From the NCBI GenBank assembly GCA_034667685.1, contig JAXDQU010000098.1:1-28187 (forward strand): 28,187 nucleotides of DNA. The letters run 5' to 3'. The position numbers were made by a program, and so were the translations under genes. Positions 8,272-16,800 of the stretch are shown piece after piece; within the stretch, counting starts at the first letter, position 1, and every line of letters begins with the position of its first letter. This DNA is from Thermoplasmata archaeon. GTDB lineage: Archaea; Thermoplasmatota; SW-10-69-26; JACQPN01; JAJPHT01. Under the pieces are notes generated by a model. That model saw only the letters and a program-made list of their open reading frames with translations, was not told the DNA's origin and made no database searches.

Positions 8272-9063
8272 TCAGAATCCTGCGCGGCCCCGGCCCGCGA
8301 ACGCCTCGCGCACCGGGCGGCCCACGTAGCGGATCTCCTCCTTCGACCGGCCCAGCCGGCGGCGCGTCTCGGCCTGCGCGGCGGCCTTGCGGCTCCGCTG
8401 CACGGCGTAGGCGACGCCCGCGACGATCGCGTAGAGCACGACCACGAGGAACGTGCCCAGCGGGTCGAAGAGGAGCTTGTTGAGCGCGACGACCAGCGCG
8501 ACGGTCAGGACGATCCACGCGGTGATCGCCACGACGCCGATGAGCGCCATCATGGCGAGGCTCGTCGTCAGGCCGCCCCACCACGCGCCCACGGCCTTGC
8601 CCAGCTCGTGGCCCACGCGTCGGGGCGCGGCGCGCGCGCGGCGGCTCGACTCGGCGACGGCGTCGGCGCGGACGCGCACCTCCTCGCGGAAGTTGTACGC
8701 GGCGTCCTTCACGTCCTCGACCTTCTCGCGCACGCGGTAGCCCGCGTCCTGCGCGGTCGACTTGACGCCGTCCGCGACGTTGGTGGCCGCGTCGGCCGTC
8801 GCCTTCGCGCCCTGGCGGATCTTGTCGCCCACCATGCGCATCTCGGGCGTGTCGGCCTGCGCGGCGCCTTCCTCGGCGGCCGCCCGGACGACCTTGCCGG
8901 CCTCCTCGACGCCGTCTTGCGCCGTCGCGCCCAGGTCGTTCTCGTCTAGCGCCGTCAGGAAGCCTTCGATGGCGCCCGCGACGGCGGCGGCGACGCGCCG
9001 CGCGCCGTCCTCCGCGTCCTGGCGGACGGATTCGTAGTCAGGGTCTCGTGTGTCGTCCGGAAT
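8272..9063 (-). CDS. LEA-like helical domain fused to a two-TM YqjE/phage-holin-3_6-like membrane domain; probable ATT start
   Basis: The frame stays open upstream of ATG 8841 to a stop at 9072-9070. SD GAGGTGA (9076-9070) lies 6 nt before ATT 9063. The extension resembles the downstream gene. Two C-terminal TM helices and a basic tail. Confidence 0.72.
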   Translation of the reverse strand: MPDDTRDPDYESVRQDAEDGARRVAAAVAGAIEGFLTALDENDLGATAQDGVEEAGKVVRAAAEEGAAQADTPEMRMVGDKIRQGAKATADAATNVADGVKSTAQDAGYRVREKVEDVKDAAYNFREEVRVRADAVAESSRRARAAPRRVGHELGKAVGAWWGGLTTSLAMMALIGVVAITAWIVLTVALVVALNKLLFDPLGTFLVVVLYAIVAGVAYAVQRSRKAAAQAETRRRLGRSKEEIRYVGRPVREAFAGRGRAGF

Positions 9064-9176
9064 GCAAACTCACCTCGGGATGCCGCTCGCTCGGCTGCGC
9101 AGCCAAAAGGGGTTCTGGCCGTTCTTTCGGAGACCCGGCCGTGCGGACGAAGCCGAGGGCGGCGCTTGGCTGCGCG

Positions 9177-10835
9177 TTGTCGCTCACGCCCGAGCAGGCT
9201 GCCGCCGTCCTTTGCGAGGCGCACGCGCTGGAGGTCCGCGCGGGCGCGGGCACCGGCAAGACGCACACGCTGGCGCACCGGGTGGCGCACCTGGCGCCCG
9301 GCCTCGCGCAGCAGTCGCGCTGCCTCGTCGTGACGTTCACGCGCGAGGCGACCGCCAGCCTCCAGCGCCGGCTTTCGTTGCTGCTGGGCCGCGACCACGC
9401 GGTGCGCGTCCTCTCTTTCCATCAATGGGCCGCGCGCGAGCTTCCGCCCGAGCTGCGCCGGTTCATGCCCGAGGCGGAGGCGCGCCGCGCGGTGGCGGAG
9501 ACGCTGCTGCGGGCGCGGCCCGGGCCCGGCTTCTCGCGCGCGCTGGGCGTGGCGCTGGGCGAGGACGCGAGCGCGCGCGTGCTGGGCGTGCTCTCCTACG
9601 CCAAGAACGCGCAGACGACGCTGGGCGCCGCGCTCGACGGCCCGCTCTCGAACCTCGCTCCATACCGGGAGGCGCTGGAGCGCGCGCAGGAGGCGTACGA
9701 GGCGCGCAAGGGCGATCGGCTCGACTACGACGACCTGCTGGTCGCCTTCCGCGACAGGCTGGCGCGCGGCGCCGCGTTCCGCCAGGAGGTCGTCGCGCGG
9801 CTCGACCACGTCTTCGTCGACGAGTACCAGGACGTCAACGGCCTGCAGGCAGACGCGGTGCGGCTCGTGAGCGCGGGCCCGCGCGGCGCCCGCGTGACCG
9901 TCGTGGGAGACGCGCGCCAGAGCATCTACGGCTTCCGCGGCGGCTCGCCCCGGCACCTGGAATCGTTCCTGAAGCCCTACGGCAAGCGCGGCGCCCGCCT
10001 CGCGCTGACGCTGAGCTTCCGCAGCGACCGCCGGATCGTCGCGGCCGCCAACCGCGCGCTGCCCAGCCGCTACCCGCTCCGTCCGCGCCAAGGCGCCCCG
10101 CGCGGCCTCGCGCCGGAGGCGCTCGCGTGCGCCGACCCGCGCGACGAGGCGCGGACGCTCGCCGACCGCGTCGAGGCGCTCCTGGCGGAGGGCGCCGACC
10201 CGCGCGAGATCGTCGTGCTATCACGCGCCCGGCACCTCGCCCTCGCCTACCAGGAGGAGGTCGTCGCCCGCCGCGCCGACGAGGCGTGGGCCGAGGACCA
10301 TCCCGGTGATATCACGGACGCCATCGACGGATTCCTCCGCGCCGCGCGGCGCGAGCGCGTCGGCCTGGCCGCGTTCGCCGCGCGCGCGGAGGGCGCGCTG
10401 GGCCGCGCCGCCCGCGTGCTCGCGCGCCGCGCCCGCGCCGCGCCGCCGCTGCCCGCGCGCCCCACCGCCGCGCGCGTGCTCGCGCTGCCCAAGGGCGAGG
10501 ACATCTTCCACGTGAAGGTCGCCACCATCCACGCCGCGAAGGGGCTCGAATGGGACCACGTGCTGCTCTGCGGCGCGCGCGAGGGCGGCCTCCCCAGCGA
10601 CCACGCGCTCCAGGCGCCCGAGCACGTCCGGGACGCGCTCGTGGAGGAGGAGCGGCGCCTGCTCTACGTCGCGATCACCCGCGCGCGCAAGAGCTTCCTC
10701 GCCACCTGGCCGCGCGTGGGCGAACGACGCGCGCACGAGCCGTGCCGCTGGCTCGCCTCCCTCGCCGCGTCCGGGTCGTTCGCATCCCTTATTCTTCAGG
10801 GCTCCATGAAGGAGCCATCAGGGATACACCCCTGA
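9177..10835 (+). CDS. Superfamily 1 UvrD/Rep/PcrA-like ATP-dependent helicase (compact)
   Basis: LTPEQ, AGAGTGKT, VTFTREA, DEYQD, VGDARQSIYGFRG, SFRS, TIHAAKGLEW, EERRLLYVAITRAR. Start re-called to TTG 9177. Confidence 0.92.
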   Translation: MSLTPEQAAAVLCEAHALEVRAGAGTGKTHTLAHRVAHLAPGLAQQSRCLVVTFTREATASLQRRLSLLLGRDHAVRVLSFHQWAARELPPELRRFMPEAEARRAVAETLLRARPGPGFSRALGVALGEDASARVLGVLSYAKNAQTTLGAALDGPLSNLAPYREALERAQEAYEARKGDRLDYDDLLVAFRDRLARGAAFRQEVVARLDHVFVDEYQDVNGLQADAVRLVSAGPRGARVTVVGDARQSIYGFRGGSPRHLESFLKPYGKRGARLALTLSFRSDRRIVAAANRALPSRYPLRPRQGAPRGLAPEALACADPRDEARTLADRVEALLAEGADPREIVVLSRARHLALAYQEEVVARRADEAWAEDHPGDITDAIDGFLRAARRERVGLAAFAARAEGALGRAARVLARRARAAPPLPARPTAARVLALPKGEDIFHVKVATIHAAKGLEWDHVLLCGAREGGLPSDHALQAPEHVRDALVEEERRLLYVAITRARKSFLATWPRVGERRAHEPCRWLASLAASGSFASLILQGSMKEPSGIHP

Positions 10836-10860
10836 ACGGCCGCACCCGCGGGAGATCAGC

Positions 10861-11547
10861 ATGGCACCACCACGAACGCTCCTCGCGCTCGGGCTCGCGG
10901 CCGTGCTGCTCGCCGCGGCGCCGCTGGCCCTCGCAGCCACCAGCACCTCGTCGAGCAGCACGACCTCCTCGAGCAGCAACCAGAACGTGAACATCCCCTT
11001 CGACAACGTCCTCGCCGCCCTCGCGCTGGGCCTGCGCGGACCCGGCGCGCTCTCCGCGATCTCCAGCGGCTCCTCGACGTCGACGACCACCAGCAGCGCG
11101 TCGCAGAACGTCGCGCTGGGCACCAACGACGTCCTCGCCGCGCTCGCGCTGGGACGCTCCGGCGGCTCGCTGGGCGGCTTCTTCGGCTCCACTTGGAGCC
11201 CCGTCGGATTCAGCAGCAGCGGGTGGGACATGGGCACCAGCTCCTGGCCCTTGATGGGCTCGTCCCTCGGCTCGCGCGGCCTGACCACCACGAGCCTCCA
11301 GGGGCACGTCGTCTACGTGCTCGACCCGAGCCTCGCCGCCACGCTGCTGCGGAGCGAGAACATCACCGCCGGCGGACGCGCGGTTCTGCTCGCGAACAAC
11401 ACGACGCTCGCGAGCCTCCTCGCCGACCCGGCGGCGGTCACCTCGTCGACCACGATGGCCTCCGGCGCGGTGGACGCGCAGTTGGCCGACGGGACGCGCG
11501 TGCTCATCGTCCCCGCGAGCGACGAGAGCATCGCGCGGCTGATGTAG
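10861..11547 (+). CDS. Secreted Ser/Thr-rich hypothetical protein with internal repeat
   Basis: Signal peptide (...APLALA); two QNVxxxxxxVLAALALG repeats, each preceded by a Ser/Thr run. Confidence 0.7.
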   Translation: MAPPRTLLALGLAAVLLAAAPLALAATSTSSSSTTSSSSNQNVNIPFDNVLAALALGLRGPGALSAISSGSSTSTTTSSASQNVALGTNDVLAALALGRSGGSLGGFFGSTWSPVGFSSSGWDMGTSSWPLMGSSLGSRGLTTTSLQGHVVYVLDPSLAATLLRSENITAGGRAVLLANNTTLASLLADPAAVTSSTTMASGAVDAQLADGTRVLIVPASDESIARLM

Positions 11548-11583
11548 CGCACTTCGCGGCCCAGCCTTGGCTGGGCCAAGAAG

Positions 11584-11668
11584 TGCGCAGATACGGATTT
11601 GAACCGTAGAATCCCTAAGGAACTAGCCCCTCAAGCTAGCACCGTTGGCCAGGCTTGGTTATCTGCGC
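11584..11668 (-). tRNA. tRNA-Leu(GAG)
   Basis: Acceptor GCGCAGA/TCTGCGC plus discriminator A; anticodon arm CTAGC-TTGAGGG-GCTAG; long variable arm; T arm TACGG-TTCAAAT-CCGTA. Confidence 0.95.
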
Positions 11669-11733
11669 GTGTGCGTCCCCGTGAGGGCGGGTTGTGCCTG
11701 GAAACCCGTTCTCGTATTTGAGAGATGGGGTGG

Positions 11734-12228
11734 TCAGAGTCCGCCGCTGAAGAGCGCGAGCGCGATGAGCAGGAGCGTGGCGACGGTGACGACCGGCATG
11801 AATGGGTATGCGGGCCGGCCGCGCGCGAGGAGCCGGGCCGCGGGCCAGGCGAGGAGCTTGAGCAGGACGAAGAAGGCCACGACCAGCAGGGGCGGGAAGA
11901 GGCTCGCCGCCGCGACGATGGCCGCGACGTCGGCCGTGGCGAGGCGCAGCCAGAGCCCCAGGGTGCGGTGGCTGAGCAGGGCGCCCACCAGGACGAGGCC
12001 CCACTTCAGGTAGAAGGGGAGCTCGGGTCGCCAGTCGGCGGCGTAGAGCTGGATGGCCAGCATGAGGACCGCGAAGGCCCACCAGACGTCCATGAACTCG
12101 CGCTGGGCGGAGAGGTGCTTCACGTCCGAGAGCGTCGCCACGACGAAGCTGCCCAGGAGGAAGAAGAGGCCGTACACCTCCCACGCCGAGAGGTCCCAGG
12201 CCAGGAAGGGGGCCAGCGCGTCGAGCAC
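11734..12228 (-). CDS. Minimal A24 prepilin/preflagellin peptidase-like membrane protein
   Basis: First Asp motif ATLSDVK, second Asp in LATADVAAI (GGAD/GxGD position), C-terminal YPFMP; several TM helices; divergent from two pilin genes. Confidence 0.65.
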   Translation of the reverse strand: MLDALAPFLAWDLSAWEVYGLFFLLGSFVVATLSDVKHLSAQREFMDVWWAFAVLMLAIQLYAADWRPELPFYLKWGLVLVGALLSHRTLGLWLRLATADVAAIVAAASLFPPLLVVAFFVLLKLLAWPAARLLARGRPAYPFMPVVTVATLLLIALALFSGGL

Positions 12229-12392
12229 GCGCGGTCACGACCCGGCCTCGCCATGAAGCCGTCGATAGCATTTGCGGTCGCGCAGCCTGGACCCCTTCAT
12301 GAGGCCCTGGAGCGCCCGACCGTGGTGTTAAATAGGCCATGCAACCGAGCTACCGGCCGAGTGGGGTTTCGGCTCCGCTCGGAGGACCAACG

Positions 12393-12872
12393 ATGAAAGC
12401 GAACCAGAAGTTCATGCGTGGCGATGACGAGGCCGTTTCCCCGGTCATCGCCGTGATCCTGATGGTGGCCATCACCGTCGTGCTGGCCGCGACCGTCTAC
12501 GTCTGGGTATCGGGCTTCGGCGCCCAGAGCGGCAACCCGCAGAAGAGCATCTCGCTCACCAGCGCGGGCGCGCTCTCCAACACCTGGAAGAACTACACCG
12601 TCGCGTCGGGCACGTCCGGCATGAAGTACAGCGACGTCACCATCACGGTGAACGGCGCGCAGCGCACCCAGGACCTGACGTTCACGACCTGCAGCACGCT
12701 CGCCTCCACGAGCGTGTTCGGCGCCTGCCAGGGCGGCGCGGCCGTCACGAGCGCGGCGTCGGTCATCCAGGCCGGCGACGTGATCTCGCTGAAGGGAATC
12801 AGCAGCGGCGACACGCTGCGCATCCTCGATGCGCAGGCCAACGCCGTCATGCTGACGCTCACCGTCGGCTGA
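12393..12872 (+). CDS. Archaeal type IV pilin (class III signal peptide, Pilin_N/DUF1628-like)
   Basis: DDEA|VSPVIAVILMVAITVVLAATVYVWV; SD GGAGG at 12381; TATA-like TTAAATA about 60 nt upstream of the start. Confidence 0.92.
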   Translation: MKANQKFMRGDDEAVSPVIAVILMVAITVVLAATVYVWVSGFGAQSGNPQKSISLTSAGALSNTWKNYTVASGTSGMKYSDVTITVNGAQRTQDLTFTTCSTLASTSVFGACQGGAAVTSAASVIQAGDVISLKGISSGDTLRILDAQANAVMLTLTVG

Positions 12873-12885
12873 TCCGGCGGCATCC

Positions 12886-12983
12886 CGCGGGGGCCCGCGC
12901 GCTCCCGCGATTCGTTCTTTTTCATCTTGCTAGCCCGCGGCACGCCCTTGGCGCGCCGCGAGCGGCCTTTTCTTGTTTTTTTC
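12886..12983 (+). terminator. Two tandem hairpin + oligo-T terminators between the pilin genes
   Basis: CGCGGGGGC/GCTCCCGCG followed by TTCGTTCTTTTT; CGCGGCACGCC/GGCGCGCCGCG followed by TTTTCTTGTTTTTT. Confidence 0.6.
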
Positions 12984-13049
12984 TCGTGGCCTGATGGGCG
13001 GGCGAAGCGTTTATCGCACCCCGAGGCCAACACACGTCTGGTGACTGTT

Positions 13050-13529
13050 GTGAAGGCCAACCAGTGCTATCGACGCGACGACGATGAGGCCGTCTCGCCC
13101 GTGATCGCGGTGATCCTGATGGTGGCGATCACCGTCGTGCTCGCGGCGACCGTCTACGTCTGGGTCTCCGGGTTCGGCGCACAGAGCGGCAACCCGCAGA
13201 AGAGCCTCTCGCTGACCAGCTCGGGGGCGCTCTCGAACACGTGGAAGAACTACACCGTGGCGTCCGCGACGTCCGGCATGAAGTGGAGCGACGTGGCGTT
13301 CACGCTCAACGGCGCGCCCTACGCGTTCGACGGCACCGCGAGCTGCTCGACGCCCACGCTCGCGGCCAGCTCGTACGCGGTCTGCCACGGCGGCGCGGCC
13401 CAGACGAGCGCGGCGACGGTCGTCGCGGCCGGCGACACGATCATGCTCAAGGGCATCAGCGGCGGCCAGACCCTGCGCATCGTGGACGCGCAGGCCAACT
13501 CGGTGATGCTCACGCTGACCATCGGCTGA
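13050..13529 (+). CDS. Archaeal type IV pilin, paralog of 12393-12872
   Basis: Same hydrophobic N-terminal helix; GTG start after a GGTGA SD; own TATA-like TTTATC near 13010. Confidence 0.9.
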   Translation: MKANQCYRRDDDEAVSPVIAVILMVAITVVLAATVYVWVSGFGAQSGNPQKSLSLTSSGALSNTWKNYTVASATSGMKWSDVAFTLNGAPYAFDGTASCSTPTLAASSYAVCHGGAAQTSAATVVAAGDTIMLKGISGGQTLRIVDAQANSVMLTLTIG

Positions 13530-13738
13530 GCTTCCCATCGCTGCGCGCCGTGGGGGGCGAAGGCCCGTCCACGGCGCGCAGCGGACCCCCCTTGTCCCTG
13601 TCACGGCATGGGGACACACCTTCTCCATGACACGCTTTCGCGCTGCCTAGCCGCTGCGCGCCAGGTCGCTGTTTTCCCCGAGAGATTTCGCAGGATCGCC
13701 GGGCCTCGTTTCGACGACGTCCGGCCCCAGCACGTTTA

Positions 13739-13754
13739 CGGAAGTGTTTTTAAG
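13739..13754 (+). promoter_or_regulatory. BRE/TATA promoter of the S-layer-like gene
   Basis: CGGAAGTG-TTTTTAAG about 110 nt upstream of ATG 13861; SD GGAGG at 13846-13850. Confidence 0.6.
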
Positions 13755-13860
13755 GGGCCCGTGGTTCGCGGCCTCAGACGGAGAGCCAGCTCTCTCACAG
13801 ATAGCTGGGCATGATCCGCGAAATGGGACGATCGTACCTCATCATGGAGGAATCAACACA

Positions 13861-16800
13861 ATGGATGCTACTACCAAGACCAAGACCTTCGCGCTCGCGT
13901 TTGCGGCGCTGATGGCCGGGTCGCTCCTCGTCGCCGGCTACGCCAATGCCGACGTCATCGCGGGCGATGCGACCAGCGGCGCGCGCAACGTCGCGGACAC
14001 GACGACGGTCCTGACCGTGGGCAACCCGATCCGGGTCCTGCACTGGAACTCGTCGACCACGAACGCGGGCGTCGCGTACCCCGAGAACACCTCGCTGTAC
14101 TACAACTCGACGATCGACCTGACCATCACGGCGGTCAACAACTCGGGCGCCGGCCAGACGGGCGGCCTCGACTTCACCGCGGGTCACACCTACCAGCTCG
14201 TCGCGCCCTCCTTCGGGACGGTCGGCAGCGCGGTCACGCCTTCGGCTGACCTCGAGCACTGCGGCTGGAGCGCGGCCAAGGTGGCCGGCTACAACGCCTC
14301 GACGAGCAACCCCACCGAGAAGGCCGCGCTGACGGACTACATGGTCCCCTGCGTGAGCGCCTCGACGGACACCTCGTCCCGCTTCGTGAACCTGACCTTC
14401 CCCCACGCCGTCCTCAACGAGAGCGGCACGTGGATGGTCAACGACACGACCAGCAACACCGCGGTCGCGCAGTTCAGCGTGGCCTCCAAGATCGGTGAGA
14501 TGACGGTCACCCTCAGCAAGACCTCGGCGACCTACACGCCGACCGTCTCGGGCGGCTTCTTCTTCACGATCACGGCGACGAACCAGGCCGGCGGTGCCCT
14601 CGTGGGCGCTGCGGTCACGATCTTCCCGTCGATCAGCGGCTTCACGAACGGCGCCCTCACGGACGCCACCGGCACGGCCACCGCTCTCCAGAGCGGCACG
14701 CCTGCGGCCGGCAAGTACCTCGTGAACGTCACCGCGAACGTGGGCGGCTCCAGCGCCGCCGACATCAAGGGCCAGGCCAACCTGACCATCAACGCGGCTC
14801 CGCTGACCTTCGCGTGGAACAGCAGCACGGCCTACACCGGCTTCCAGAACACGGTCTCCTTCACGCCGATGCTCCCCGCGGACAACGCGGGCGTCGTGAT
14901 GCCCGTCTTCCAGACCGGCTCGTCGTTCCTGAACAGCGCCGCGAAGGCGTACAACCTGTCGGTCACGTACCCTGACGGCTCGATCATCTGGGCCTCCTCG
15001 ATCGCGACCGGCGCCAACCAGACCTTCGCCTCCGCGCTGTCGGGTTGCTACAACGCGACCAACCAGCTCTGGTACGGCGCGAACTGGACCGCGAACACGA
15101 CGCTCGGCGCGGGCGGCAGCAGCTGCCCCGCGAACGTCTCCGCGCGCCTCGTGAGCGTCCTGACCGTGGACGAGGGCCAGTACCCGACCGCGGGCTCGCA
15201 CGTCAGCGCGGGCCAGGTCTCGTTCGCCCCCGGCTCGGACTTCTGGGTCGGCGGCACGTACACCTTCGGCCTGACGCTGGACACGGTGCCCTCGCTGGGC
15301 ACGGACAACCTCGTCAACGAGTACACGGGCTCGACGACCTTCGCCCCCACGGGCGCGGCGTCGATCAACCTCGTGCTCACGGAGAGCGGCAACACCGTCT
15401 CCACGCTGACGGTCCTCCCGACGGCGAGCAACGCGCTCCAGAGCCACACGCTGGCGCTGAACATCACGGGCACGAACGTCTTCTCGCACCCGCTTTGCGA
15501 GACGAACTCGGACCCCGGCCAGGCGCTCGCGCGCGCGTCGTGCAAGAACGCGAACAACAACCTCGCGGCTCCGTCCGCCACGGACGAGAAGAACTTCGTC
15601 GCCAACGTCACCGTGACCGGCGCGGTGCTCACGGGCACCAACTCGGGCCTCGTGGGCGTGCCCTCGGGCAACACCCTGGGCTCGTACAACTTCATGACCT
15701 ATGATGCGCCGACCGGCATCGTGACGATCTCCAACGTCGTCCCGACCGGCAGCGGCAACGTCGTCTTCACGGCGACGTGGCCCGGCGTGGGCACGATGAG
15801 CCTGACGGTCCCGACCTCGCAGGGCGCCGTGCTCACCAGCGACACGACCTCCATCCAGGAGGGCCAGGCGACGAACTTCACGGTCAGCGTGAAGGACGCG
15901 AACAACAACTACGTGACGACCGCGCAGATCACCTGCATCTACGAGGACGGCACGACGGCCCTGAGCAACCTCGTCGCGAACTCGGTCACGAACTCGTGCA
16001 CCGGCTCCGGCGTCCAGGGCACCGGCGCCTCCGGCCTCGGCCAGGGCGGCGTCTACAACATCAACGAGACGTCGATGGTGACGCAGAACGTCATCATCCA
16101 GGCGAAGATCCAGGCCCCCGGCGGCGGCAGCACGTCCTACGCGCTCTACCGCCTCCAGGTGACCGCGGGTCACGACTACAACGTGACGACGAACGTGGCC
16201 GACACGTCGGCGGGTCTCCCGACCTTCCTCTCCGTGAAGGCCGTGAACAGCACCGGCGCGGGCGTCCCCGCGACCACGGGTCAGCTCTACCTCCTCACCG
16301 CGCAGGAGAAGAAGGACCTGCTGGCCAACGGCACGACCGGGCTGAGCACCGTCCAGAGCGGCGGCGTCACCAGCCGCCACTTCGGCACGGGCGCGACCGC
16401 GCTCCTGGGCAACAGCACGACCTGCTGCCTGAACGCGACCGTCGTCCTCGGCGCCGGCACGTACTACGTCTACGTGCAGGACGCCGCGGGCAACGCGCTC
16501 ACCCACGACAACCTGAACAACATGCCGACGCTGACGGTGCACAACTACACCGTGAGCTTCGCGCCCCAGTCGGTCCCCGTCTGGTGGATCGGCAAGAGCA
16601 ACGTGACGGTCAACGCGACCGTCATGGACTGGCAGGGCAACAACGCGCCCAACGGCACGTTCATCCAGTACTCGGCTGCGAACAGCACCGGCGCCCTGGT
16701 GAACCCGTCGAGCCACGCCGTGAACTTCGATGCGATCAACAGCACCGCGAGCACGCTGAACGGCAAGATCACCCTGACCCTCACGGCCGGCATCCCCGGC

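Noticed and set aside
8272-8600. Holin-like domain as evidence of a provirus
   Set aside because: No viral genes nearby; YqjE-like domains are commonly cellular.
7516-11606. 14-bp direct repeat ACGGATTTGAACCG (7516-7529 and 11593-11606) as possible attL/attR
   Set aside because: Both copies are T arms of complete, different tRNAs, and no integrase lies between them.
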